From Lysobacteraceae bacterium (GTDB lineage: Bacteria; Bdellovibrionota; UBA1018; JAGTJX01), in assembly GCA_023657465.1 (NCBI GenBank), contig JAGTJX010000004.1, forward strand, positions 154,904 through 218,903: a DNA stretch of 64,000 nt, in the 5' to 3' direction. The position numbers and the translations under genes are program-made. Below the pieces are notes generated by a model. The model made no database searches. It was not told the origin of the DNA and saw only the letters and a program-made list of their open reading frames with translations. Every line of letters begins with the position of its first letter. The first letter of the stretch is position 1. Positions 39,317-48,444 of the stretch are shown piece after piece.

Positions 39317-39799
39317 ATGTTGGTGATGGTTGGATTTTCTTTTTCTGAGAATGCACTAGCACAAGGGATGTACCCAGGAATGGGAATGGGTGTAGGGTTA
39401 GGCGGAATGCCTGCTGGTTGGTCGTGTAAATTTAAAAGCTGTAATGCAGATGCATATGGAGTTGGCACATATGCGATGGTGGAAAAAAAAGAAACAGCCG
39501 TAACAGTTTGTAAAGAAAAGTTAGAAGCATTCCAAAAAGGCAATCAGTTGTTTACTATGAACCCAATTTCAAGGACTGAGTCTAAAGAAAATAAACAGGC
39601 AAATAAGGCCTTAGCTGTTCTAATGAAAATATCTCAAAAAAAAGTATGGGCTGGTTGTCAGGTTGCCGGTGTAGAGAAGATTCAGCAACAGATGTTTGAT
39701 GAAATGGGCGGAGTATATTCTTCACCATCTCCCTCACCTTCTGGAGATCCAGAGCCATATCCAAGCTCAACTCCTAGTGGAAGAGCGAGAAGGCACTAA
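39317..39799 (+). CDS. Exported hypothetical protein, probably frameshifted near its true start (ATG 39300)
   Basis: AGGAG SD precedes ATG 39300, which reads MKIY*; one extra A would give MKNLLAMLVMVGFSFSENALA. Confidence 0.55.
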   Translation: MLVMVGFSFSENALAQGMYPGMGMGVGLGGMPAGWSCKFKSCNADAYGVGTYAMVEKKETAVTVCKEKLEAFQKGNQLFTMNPISRTESKENKQANKALAVLMKISQKKVWAGCQVAGVEKIQQQMFDEMGGVYSSPSPSPSGDPEPYPSSTPSGRARRH

Positions 39800-40335
39800 T
39801 TCGGATACTTAAGATAATGAATGTCTTTGAGGTTACGGAATTTCTCTTCGAGATCTAATCCGTAGCCGACTAAGAATGGATCTTCAACGACGCGGCCTAC
39901 GTACTTCACAGGCACATCAGTTGCGACGCGTTTTTTAGACTTATCAAGCAGAGTGCAGACCTCAACGGATTCTGGCTCTGCTTTTTTTAATCTCTCATAG
40001 AGAAACTCAAGTGAACGGCCGCTATCAATGATTTCTTCAATGATGAGCACGTGCTTACCGCGAAGATCACTCTGGATGTCCTTCAAGAATGCGACAGTGC
40101 CTGAAGACGCACGAGACTTCTTCCCGTAACTCGTCATTCTGACGAATTCAATTTCTGGATCCATTTCGAGTTTGCGAATGAGATCCGCTGCGAAAATAAT
40201 CGTTCCCTTAAGGACTGCGACGAGAAGTAAGTTTTTGCCTTTATAATCTTTGTTGATTCTGTCTGCGAGAGACTGCACAAGAACTTCGATCTCGTGGTTG
40301 CTTAAGTACTTAGAAAAGTTGCGTTCATCAAGCAT
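39796..40335 (-). CDS. hpt: Hypoxanthine phosphoribosyltransferase
   Basis: VLKG..IFAADL, VLIIEEIIDSGRSL, LLDK, FLVGYGLD. Confidence 0.95.
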   Translation of the reverse strand: MLDERNFSKYLSNHEIEVLVQSLADRINKDYKGKNLLLVAVLKGTIIFAADLIRKLEMDPEIEFVRMTSYGKKSRASSGTVAFLKDIQSDLRGKHVLIIEEIIDSGRSLEFLYERLKKAEPESVEVCTLLDKSKKRVATDVPVKYVGRVVEDPFLVGYGLDLEEKFRNLKDIHYLKYPN

Positions 40336-40591
40336 TGGATGGGGGTACAGATTCCTGAGGTTGAGGTTTCACTGTTGCAACAGATTCAATAGATGCACCG
40401 ATCACTGCATCTGGCTTCACTGAGTTGTCATTCACTTTTTTGAACTGAGCTTCTTCCACTCCAGAGATCGCGTCTTTGAAGTTTCTGAACGCTTTGCCCA
40501 ATGAGTGACCGAGTTCTGGAACACGACGTGGTCCAAAAATCAGAAGAATCGCACCAAAAATAAGAAGATGTTCACCAGATATTCCAAACAT
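40328..40591 (-). CDS. tatA: Twin-arginine translocase TatA/TatE subunit
   Basis: LLIFGP..VPELG.SLGKAFRNFK. Confidence 0.9.
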   Translation of the reverse strand: MFGISGEHLLIFGAILLIFGPRRVPELGHSLGKAFRNFKDAISGVEEAQFKKVNDNSVKPDAVIGASIESVATVKPQPQESVPPSNA

Positions 40592-40620
40592 GATTAAGGA
40601 TATAGCAGAGGCTGCAGGGG

Positions 40621-41961
40621 TTAGGCCACTGATTTTAGAGATTGATCTGACGCGTTATGCTTAGGAAGTCGGATCACAAACGTGGTGTTGGGGTAATTGG
40701 GATCATAGAGGAGTTCGCCGCCCTCTTGGCTGATGATGCCATGGCTAATGCTGAGCCCCATGCCTATACCTGAGCCTACTTCCTTAGTGGTGAAAAATGG
40801 GTCCATGATCTTGGCAGCAACTTTCTTGGGTATCCCTCTGCCGCTATCGATAACCAAGATCTCAACATGATGCTTGGTGTGCTTGGCTTCGATCCTGATC
40901 CACTTCTCTGAAAGCACCTTCATGTGCTCAGCAGAGTTGCTGATGAGATTGTAGAGCACTTGTGAGAGCTGGAGGTTATTACAATAGACGCTCGTGTTTT
41001 CGATCCCGCGTGTTTCGACCTCGATTCCTTGGGATTTGAGTTTCTCTTGAGAGAGAATGAGCGTGTCGTTCACTACATCGATGAGTAAGTGATCGGACTT
41101 GGGTTCTTGGCTGCTCGATCGTGCGAACTTCTTGAGTCCATAGATGACTTTTGCGATTCTTCTCGAAGTCTGAAGAATATTGGTGAGATTCGCGATCAGG
41201 TATTCATTCGTAACACTGCTCTGCTCGATCTTGGATTTTAAGAGTTCGGTGCGTCCGATGATGATGCTCAGTGGATTATTGATCTCATGAGCGATGCCTC
41301 CAGAGATTTCGCCTAAGCTTGCGAGTTTATTGCTCTGAAGGATTTGTAGTTCGTTTTCTTGGAGTTTCTGCTCGAAATAATAATTCATAGCACTAAACCC
41401 TGAAGTCGAGAGTAAGAAATAAATAGTAGCATTGATCACATGAAACTTAGCTCCCCATGCAAGTAATTCAGCTTCAATGGGAATGATCATGCTATGAATT
41501 TGTAGATAACCTAACATAGACAAAATGGTGCAAGCCAGCGCGGTGGACACAAAAAATATTTTTGATTTTAGTTCCTTTGAATCAAAAAGAAGATGAGAAA
41601 AAATAATCATATTAAACCAGTAAGGTTCCATTCCGATTTCTTTTGGATAAAAAAGACAAGTCGCAAGCAATGAGCCTTGTTGAGAAATGATAAATGTATA
41701 GCGAGCTGAGCTGTCGTTCTTTTGGGAATGTAAACTCCAGAAGACAAGTTGACTGATGACGGTAAAAACTCCAATCGATAGTGCGATGAAATTTGGATGG
41801 CCGTTAGATGCGAGAGCGACTGATGATGCAACAGCAGTGATGAATGTCGGAATTGCAATGATGTTTGTAAGCAATGTTACTTTTTGAACATGAAGTGGCT
41901 GACCTTTATGAACTCCTAAGTTCGCCCATTGTTTAAAAAATTGAAAAACTGTGTCGAGCAT
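40621..41961 (-). CDS. Membrane sensor histidine kinase (orphan)
   Basis: IAHEINNPL H-box, QVLYNLISNS, DSGRGI, PFFTTK, GMGLSIS; about 6 N-terminal TMs. Confidence 0.93.
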   Translation of the reverse strand: MLDTVFQFFKQWANLGVHKGQPLHVQKVTLLTNIIAIPTFITAVASSVALASNGHPNFIALSIGVFTVISQLVFWSLHSQKNDSSARYTFIISQQGSLLATCLFYPKEIGMEPYWFNMIIFSHLLFDSKELKSKIFFVSTALACTILSMLGYLQIHSMIIPIEAELLAWGAKFHVINATIYFLLSTSGFSAMNYYFEQKLQENELQILQSNKLASLGEISGGIAHEINNPLSIIIGRTELLKSKIEQSSVTNEYLIANLTNILQTSRRIAKVIYGLKKFARSSSQEPKSDHLLIDVVNDTLILSQEKLKSQGIEVETRGIENTSVYCNNLQLSQVLYNLISNSAEHMKVLSEKWIRIEAKHTKHHVEILVIDSGRGIPKKVAAKIMDPFFTTKEVGSGIGMGLSISHGIISQEGGELLYDPNYPNTTFVIRLPKHNASDQSLKSVA

Positions 41962-42025
41962 ACTCTGTATTTTCGGAGTATTCTTAACTAGACTTTAACA
42001 ATCTATTTTTTTCATAATTAAGGCG

Positions 42026-43231
42026 TCAAATGACTGACGCTTTGTCGATTCTTCGAGAAGTTTGATCGCCACGCTCGTTCTGAATGGAGATAAGGTCTCC
42101 TCTGCCGATTTCATTATCGGTCTTCCATCTTGCCTTACGTTTCCCAGTCTGATCACAGAGGTGGAACTCGAGGTCTGATCCTTCCGTGTGAGTGGGGCTA
42201 ACGAGTCTCGCTATTTTAGGGTGAGAAGTCTTGGGAAGGATCTTGGATCGCTCCCTATCGCTCTTAGCAATGACAAGATAACTATAAGGAAGCGACTTCC
42301 TGTCGATCGAGGCCATCTCATCTATCGCTTTCAAATAAGGAGGTCTCCACCAGGTCACTTCTTCGTGGCACCAGTCTCCCGCTTTCTCAAGAGCACCACA
42401 GGATTGGTGACCTAAGCAGGGAAGGAGAATTTTGAGTTTTGATTTTGTTTTCAAAATCCTAGCGATAAGGTGCTTGCGGATCTCTAGGAGCTTACGTGAT
42501 TCTGCTTTGAGAGCAGGTTCAACACCGATCCAGATTCCTTCGGGAGACAAGTGATCGTCGAGTAAGTAGAAGAGTTTTTCAGCGATATACTCGGTCGATT
42601 CAGTCGATTCGTTGAGGAAGTAGCTCGTGAGGATCACATCAAACTCGGGAGCAGTCTTAGGGAGTAATCCTCTCGCCCAATCAATGGTGCGGTGGAACGT
42701 TTGCACACTCGGTGCATAAGGACTACGTGCAGTGATGTGTCTGATCCATTCAGCTCCCAGTTCTAGCGCCTTTCGATCCTTCTCAACGAGAGCAATCGTG
42801 TCTGTCTTAGGGATGAAATCTGGAGAGAGGCGTGAGACTTCGCACCAGCCTGCTGCTGCAGAAGCCGGACCTGCTCCCAGTTCAAGTACGCGGGCGGACT
42901 GAGTGGAGAATTGAAACCCCAAGCGCTCTAATTCACCTAGGACGCTTGCGACTCTGACTAAGTTAGCGGGCATGTAGGCTAGAAAGTAAGCGGTAAGGAA
43001 GTGTGGGCTATCTGAGATCTTCTTCCAGTAGTTCTTGTCTGGGGCTAACTCGCCCTTACGGTTGAAGAGCTCCTGGTACTTCTTCACGTGGGGAATGATC
43101 GAACGTGCGAGGAAGCGCTTATTGGAGAGAGGAGCGTCCTTCTCGATCAATTCTTGGGATAAGAGGAACTCAGTCATCGCTGGTTCTAAGTTCTTTTTCC
43201 ATTCTTCTATCCACTGTGCTTGGATTTTCAT
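42026..43231 (-). CDS. Rsm22-like SAM-dependent methyltransferase
   Basis: AY.LAY.P.N, VLELGAGP, SYFLNE, EPAL, PC.G...C...DWCH. Confidence 0.8.
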   Translation of the reverse strand: MKIQAQWIEEWKKNLEPAMTEFLLSQELIEKDAPLSNKRFLARSIIPHVKKYQELFNRKGELAPDKNYWKKISDSPHFLTAYFLAYMPANLVRVASVLGELERLGFQFSTQSARVLELGAGPASAAAGWCEVSRLSPDFIPKTDTIALVEKDRKALELGAEWIRHITARSPYAPSVQTFHRTIDWARGLLPKTAPEFDVILTSYFLNESTESTEYIAEKLFYLLDDHLSPEGIWIGVEPALKAESRKLLEIRKHLIARILKTKSKLKILLPCLGHQSCGALEKAGDWCHEEVTWWRPPYLKAIDEMASIDRKSLPYSYLVIAKSDRERSKILPKTSHPKIARLVSPTHTEGSDLEFHLCDQTGKRKARWKTDNEIGRGDLISIQNERGDQTSRRIDKASVI

Positions 43232-43256
43232 TTTGAGTAGTTTAGCCTTTATAGGC

Positions 43257-45035
43257 ATGAGACTCAACACTGCAACAGTAAAGACAGATCTTGCTCCTGT
43301 TGTAGTCATTTTGGACTCTTCTCTTGGGACTTTACGGCTTTCGGACGAGTTTCAGAGGTTGGGATTCGAAGTCGTACTCATTCCTGGTCAGAGTTTGAAT
43401 GCATTGAAGAAGTGGAAAGCTCCAGCAAACCGACAATGGTTCTCTCACCCGGGTTGGACAGACTGGGGTCAGCGTCCTGAGTGGTCACAGCTCGTTCAGA
43501 AAATGGGGGGGATCGCAATCGGCCCTTCATCCAAGATCATCAATCTCTTCTCTCATCTCATCAACTTCCTCTCAGAAGGTGCCAAGCATCAGATTCCTCA
43601 TGCATTAGCACATCCCTATCCACTCGCATCGATCCCTGAAGCAGTAAATGTAATTAAGGAATATCCGGTAGTATTAAAAAATTTAAGATCACCACAGTTT
43701 GGTTTAGGGCTAGTCGACATCAGTCATGCGGGCGAACTCAAGACCAAGGGATCTCTCTGGCTCGATCATGTGAACGAAGTTGAAGGAGATTCGTTTTTTG
43801 GAATTGAGAGATTCATTGAAGGCTCTAGACTGATTCGCTTTCCATTCAGTAGAGATACGGAAGGTGAAGTGAAGTTTTTCTCTCAGATTGATCACTCTCT
43901 TCAATCCGAATACAGAGCGTACATTCCTATCTGCCCTCCTCAAAATCTCACGACTTCTGTGATCGATGAAGTTAACGAGAAGATGGAGAATTTTATCAAT
44001 GCAATTGGATTCACAGGAGTGGGTTCAATGGATTTCTTAGTGGATGGTTCGAGGTACTACCTCGTGGGCGGTCATTGTGGTTTCAAGCGTGACAGTTGGC
44101 TCTGGGAGAAAGTAGACGGAGTTTCTCCGCTCTCTGAACAGCTTCGCTCTCTCAATCTCAGTCATAAGAGTTCTGCGAAACACACACCCAAATCCAAAAA
44201 CGAAACGACTGCTGCGATGGTTTTCCTCCGAGCAGAAGACCCGATCTATCAGCTTCCTTCTCCTGGAAAGATTTTTGAAAAAGATACGACAGGTAAGGAA
44301 TCGAATTGGATTTGGTCGGATTTGAAGCAGGGAAAAATTGAGGCCTCAGGCTCTGATCTGATCGGTGCTTGGGTGGGAGTAGGAAAGTCACTGAAAGATG
44401 TATTGAAAAGTGCTGAGGATGATCTCTCAAAGCTCTGGATTCATGGATCTCTCCTCACCAATCAGAAATATCTCATTGATGTCTTGAAGCACCCTTGGGT
44501 GAGGGAAGGCGCGTTCTACTTAGGATTCCTCCAGCATGAATTCATTCCGGATCACAGACCGCCTCTCGAAGTCATTCAGTTTGCAGCAGATGTCTGTGCA
44601 TCGCTAGTCAAAGCTCAGTCGTCCTTGAAGTGGTTAGTGCTCGGGTATCGAATCGAAACCAAGCCAGGTATCAAGATTGCTACTCCTGGATCGAAGCGAT
44701 TCGCTGATTTGGATGAGACTCTGTCGTACTCTGTGTACCGAGTGACGGATGATCGTTGGAGTGTGCGTATCGGACTTTGGAGTTTCTGGTGTGTGGAGCA
44801 GAGGAAGTCTACTCAGGGGATTAAGCTCAATGGTTTGGTTGCGGGAGTGGTGAAGCGTCTTGCTGTTTCAAAGGGTAAGCTCACGGAGCCAGGGGACACT
44901 CTTGTAATCGTAGAGTCACTGAGGCGCTGGGTCTCTCATCAGGTCTCGATTCCTGTCAAAGTACTGAGCTGGAAAGTCAAAGTCGGCGAAGCAGTAGAGC
45001 CTGGGCAAATGCTTGCCGAAATAGAGAAACCCTGA
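43257..45035 (+). CDS. Degenerate biotin carboxylase / biotin-carrier-like protein
   Basis: HPGW, IGPS, YPVVLK, IERFIEG, GFTGVGSMDFLV, RAEDP, PSPG and a C-terminal biotinyl-like fold, but catalytic motifs and the MKM lysine are absent. Confidence 0.7.
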   Translation: MRLNTATVKTDLAPVVVILDSSLGTLRLSDEFQRLGFEVVLIPGQSLNALKKWKAPANRQWFSHPGWTDWGQRPEWSQLVQKMGGIAIGPSSKIINLFSHLINFLSEGAKHQIPHALAHPYPLASIPEAVNVIKEYPVVLKNLRSPQFGLGLVDISHAGELKTKGSLWLDHVNEVEGDSFFGIERFIEGSRLIRFPFSRDTEGEVKFFSQIDHSLQSEYRAYIPICPPQNLTTSVIDEVNEKMENFINAIGFTGVGSMDFLVDGSRYYLVGGHCGFKRDSWLWEKVDGVSPLSEQLRSLNLSHKSSAKHTPKSKNETTAAMVFLRAEDPIYQLPSPGKIFEKDTTGKESNWIWSDLKQGKIEASGSDLIGAWVGVGKSLKDVLKSAEDDLSKLWIHGSLLTNQKYLIDVLKHPWVREGAFYLGFLQHEFIPDHRPPLEVIQFAADVCASLVKAQSSLKWLVLGYRIETKPGIKIATPGSKRFADLDETLSYSVYRVTDDRWSVRIGLWSFWCVEQRKSTQGIKLNGLVAGVVKRLAVSKGKLTEPGDTLVIVESLRRWVSHQVSIPVKVLSWKVKVGEAVEPGQMLAEIEKP

Positions 45036-45047
45036 GAATCTAAGAGT

Positions 45048-45341
45048 ATGCCAGCTTACAAAAAACATGTCCCGCTTCCGGGAAAATCTGCAAAAGTTAT
45101 TTATGCAAAAATTGAATCTGAGATTGATCGATTTCTCTCAAAAACTCCTCTAGGAAAATATGAACTCAAGCGCAATGTTGATCTGTTGCAGATTGAAGTG
45201 AAGTCTTCGATGTTCACTGCAGTCCTCAAATGTGAAGAAGGCATTGTGATTTTGGATGGATCACTGAGTCTGATGGCGACGCCATTTAAAGGCGCTCTCG
45301 ACGAAGGCATCGATAAGTGGATCAAGAAAAACTTCGCATAG
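45048..45341 (+). CDS. Small protein, polyhydroxyalkanoic acid system (PHA_gran_rgn)-like
   Basis: 97 aa; L.LMATPFKG.LDE.I C-terminal pattern. Confidence 0.55.
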   Translation: MPAYKKHVPLPGKSAKVIYAKIESEIDRFLSKTPLGKYELKRNVDLLQIEVKSSMFTAVLKCEEGIVILDGSLSLMATPFKGALDEGIDKWIKKNFA

Positions 45342-46930
45342 AGAAAAGCGCAGGCGCAATGGGCATTGCGACTCTCATGAGTCGTGTGTTGGGACTTGTG
45401 CGCGAGCAAGTGTTTGCTCACTTGTTTGGAGCTTCTCATGCAACCGATGCATTCAATATTGCATTCAGAATTCCTAATCTTTTGCGCGATCTCTTCGCGG
45501 AAGGTGCGATGAGTGCAGCGTTCGTACCTACATTTTTAAGAGTGAAGAATGATCAAGGAGACAAGAAGTCATGGCGTATCGCAGGTCTTGTTTTCAGGGT
45601 TTTGTTTTTGTTTGTGAGTGTTCTCACGATATTAGGAGTATTCTTCGCTGATCCGTTGGTTTCTCTTTATGCGAGTGCGTACCGTGCGGTTCCTGGAAAG
45701 TTTGAACTGACAGTACTCATGACGAAGATCTTGTTCCCGTTTTTCCCGCTTGTAGCTCTTGCGGCTGCATTCATGGCAATATTGAACGCTTGTGGAGTGT
45801 TCTTCATTCCTGCATTTTCTTCAGCGATTTTTAATTTGGTTTCGATAGTGACTGGTGTGATCTTCGTTCACTTCGCACCTGGGTTAGGTTTTGAGCCGAT
45901 CATCGGGATGTCTCTAGGAGTAGTGTTCGGAGGAGCTGCTCAGGCATTCATGCAAATGCCTGAGCTGTACAAAGTAGGTTACCGGTGGTCGAAAAAAACT
46001 TCGAATGAGCCCGTGTGGTACAGAGAGCCTGCACTGAAGCGCATGATGATGCTCATGGTTCCAGGCACCATGGGACTTGCAGCAACTCAGATCAATATCT
46101 TGGTCAATAGTGTGCTTGCTACTTCTCAAGGGGCAGGTGCGGTCTCTTGGCTCAATTACTCCTTCAGGCTCATGCAGTTTCCGATCGGTGTGTTCGGTGT
46201 TTCGCTTGCTTCTGCGACTCTTCCTGCGTTCTCTCGCGCATGGGTGAAGAAAGACTACAATGAAGCCACGGGTGCACTGACGAGATCTCTGAGACGTGTG
46301 CTTGCGATCAATCTTCCTGCAGCTGCGGGACTTGCGTTTTTAGGTGTGCCCATCATTCAGCTCATCTTCGAACACGGTAAGTTCACACACGAAGATACTC
46401 TCAGCACAGCTCATGCACTGGCAGCTTACGCTGTGGGACTAGCGGCTTACTCTTCTGTTAAAGTCTTCGTTCCGCTTTTCTATGCACTCGATAATACGAG
46501 AATTCCAGTGATCTCCAGTGTTCTCTCGGTCGTACTCAACCTCATTTTGAATCTGGTTTTCTTGAAGTGGATTGGATTTTTGGGGCTTCCACTTTCGACG
46601 TCCCTCACTGCGATTTTTAATCTCGCCTTCCTCTGGATTGCGATGAAAGTCGTCCTTAGGAAACATGGAGTCAAATGGAGTGGAGCAGAATTAGTTGGCC
46701 CAGTGGCTGGATTCCTTTTGGTTTCTCTCCTCATGGGAATAGTTTGTTCTGGGTTCGACTCGTGGCTAATTACAGTGGTAGGAGGCTCAAAAACAGCTCA
46801 GTTCTTAAGAGTAGGACTTGATGTGACTATAGGAGTCAGCTTTGTTTTTTTCATCGGACGCATCTTCGGATTCAAAGATGAAACTCAGGTACTCATGAGA
46901 CTCGTCAAAAGAATTTTCAAACACTCTTAA
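45317..46930 (+). CDS. murJ: Lipid II flippase MurJ
   Basis: SRVLGLVRE, AFRIPNLLRDLFAEGAMSAAFVP, RLMQFPIG. Confidence 0.96.
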   Translation: MDQEKLRIEKSAGAMGIATLMSRVLGLVREQVFAHLFGASHATDAFNIAFRIPNLLRDLFAEGAMSAAFVPTFLRVKNDQGDKKSWRIAGLVFRVLFLFVSVLTILGVFFADPLVSLYASAYRAVPGKFELTVLMTKILFPFFPLVALAAAFMAILNACGVFFIPAFSSAIFNLVSIVTGVIFVHFAPGLGFEPIIGMSLGVVFGGAAQAFMQMPELYKVGYRWSKKTSNEPVWYREPALKRMMMLMVPGTMGLAATQINILVNSVLATSQGAGAVSWLNYSFRLMQFPIGVFGVSLASATLPAFSRAWVKKDYNEATGALTRSLRRVLAINLPAAAGLAFLGVPIIQLIFEHGKFTHEDTLSTAHALAAYAVGLAAYSSVKVFVPLFYALDNTRIPVISSVLSVVLNLILNLVFLKWIGFLGLPLSTSLTAIFNLAFLWIAMKVVLRKHGVKWSGAELVGPVAGFLLVSLLMGIVCSGFDSWLITVVGGSKTAQFLRVGLDVTIGVSFVFFIGRIFGFKDETQVLMRLVKRIFKHS

Positions 46931-46977
46931 TTCTGGGTTGTGGGGGGAGTGATTCCTTAGTATCGTGATCCACAATT

Positions 46978-47433
46978 ATGTCAGCTTACACCACAAAAGA
47001 AACCGTTAAGTTACTGTTCAAAAGCATCATCACTCGTTTAGAAAACAAGAAATTAGTGCTTTTCATGCCACAAAATAGAAATGCGATTGTAGACGAAGCG
47101 TACCATGTTTTGGCTCCTTTCGTTCTCTCTGAAGAAGATCTAAGAGAGATGGCGATGAGCAAAGTGAAATCTAAATCAGATGCACTCACTGATGCGGGTG
47201 CAAGCGAGCACCAACAATATAGAACTGCTAAGAACATGCTCCGCGAAGAGCCACTGACAGAAAACGAACTCAACGGCTTCTATTTTCAAGAGAGCTTAAA
47301 GGCTGTTTCTGACAGAGTGAGCACGTTCCTTATGAAGTCCAAAAACGTAGAAGATGTTTTCGGATCTGATGAAGAGATTGGTCTCGCTGTCGTTGACATC
47401 ATCAAAAAATTCAATCCAAGAGATTTACACTGA
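46978..47433 (+). CDS. Hypothetical protein (weak DUF507-like resemblance)
   Basis: 151-aa ORF with core-genome-like codon usage. Confidence 0.55.
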   Translation: MSAYTTKETVKLLFKSIITRLENKKLVLFMPQNRNAIVDEAYHVLAPFVLSEEDLREMAMSKVKSKSDALTDAGASEHQQYRTAKNMLREEPLTENELNGFYFQESLKAVSDRVSTFLMKSKNVEDVFGSDEEIGLAVVDIIKKFNPRDLH

Positions 47434-47513
47434 AAAACTTTTAGACAACTGTCAGTCGTTTAATCGGTCATTCATCTCGATCTGCAATCTGTGAGCTTAC
47501 AGCCATAAAAACT

Positions 47514-47529
47514 TGGTACGACAGATGCA
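47514..47529 (+). promoter_or_regulatory. Sigma54 promoter
   Basis: TGGTACG-ACAG-ATGCA, GG-N10-GC, 12 nt before ATG 47542. Confidence 0.55.
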
Positions 47530-47541
47530 TTATCTGTCTGT

Positions 47542-48045
47542 ATGAACTACAAAATCAAAGTGACAGTGTTTGTGTTGATGTTATTCGCTGGAGTTGCTCA
47601 AGCAGCTCCTACTCAAATCAATGAAGGTGCGCTCAGTACCATCAGTTTAAACAAGCATGGATTAGGGCTTGTTCTGGGTAGTTCTCAAACGGGTATGCCG
47701 GTGGGTTCGATTTACGACAAAGAGAGATATTATCCAGAAGTTCAAACAATCATTAATAAGAAGATCATGGGAGCGATCGAAAAAGGCTTTCAGCCCACAG
47801 GTTATGAGACGCTTTCGGAGAGCCAAGTTTATACTTTGAGCCGTAACAACTACGAGTTGCTCCTCATTTCGGGATACACCGTTCGAGCGAGCGCTGAGAA
47901 AATGCAGATGACCTTCATCATTCCGATTGAAAGACTGCTTAACGATGTGAAGGGTTCTCGCATCAGAGATGGCTACGAATATTGGAAGAGTTTGGATGTT
48001 CATACTCTCGATTCCTTGTCTGAATCAGAGACCCGATTGAAGTAA
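47542..48045 (+). CDS. Exported hypothetical protein
   Basis: Signal peptide ending AQA. Confidence 0.7.
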   Translation: MNYKIKVTVFVLMLFAGVAQAAPTQINEGALSTISLNKHGLGLVLGSSQTGMPVGSIYDKERYYPEVQTIINKKIMGAIEKGFQPTGYETLSESQVYTLSRNNYELLLISGYTVRASAEKMQMTFIIPIERLLNDVKGSRIRDGYEYWKSLDVHTLDSLSESETRLK

Positions 48046-48212
48046 AAAACCGTCGAACTTCTAAACAATGTTTAGTTCTTGTGCAGTATTTTAGCCTATT
48101 TTTTTAACTTGTTAGCGCGTGAATTAGGATAAATTATTGATATAAAAGACAAAAAATATATTTGAAATCTTAACAATTTTAGACCGATAATTGCATATCA
48201 TATTAGTCAGGT

Positions 48213-48431
48213 ATGAGTCGTTCGAGAATGTTGTACATCGCTGCGCTTGTGATCGGTTGGGCTGGACTTTGGTTCGGTAGACAAATGCCTCATGTCGTTC
48301 ACAAGGATTTGAAATCGAGTAATAGAGCACTAGCGGCAACAATTCCTAGCGCTGAAGCGGCTAAGATCGCACCTCAAGTCGAAGCCATAGAATCTTTGCC
48401 ACCCCCCATTGAAGTTGAAAAAATTCGTTGA
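48213..48431 (+). CDS. Small membrane-anchored hypothetical protein
   Basis: 72 aa with N-terminal TM, directly upstream of the transglycosylase. Confidence 0.45.
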   Translation: MSRSRMLYIAALVIGWAGLWFGRQMPHVVHKDLKSSNRALAATIPSAEAAKIAPQVEAIESLPPPIEVEKIR

Positions 48432-48444
48432 TACCCTTATCCAG

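Noticed and set aside
43035..43309. Long overlap of two divergent ORFs in the track
   Set aside because: Artefact of maximal ORF extension; starts at 43231 (-) and 43257 (+) remove it
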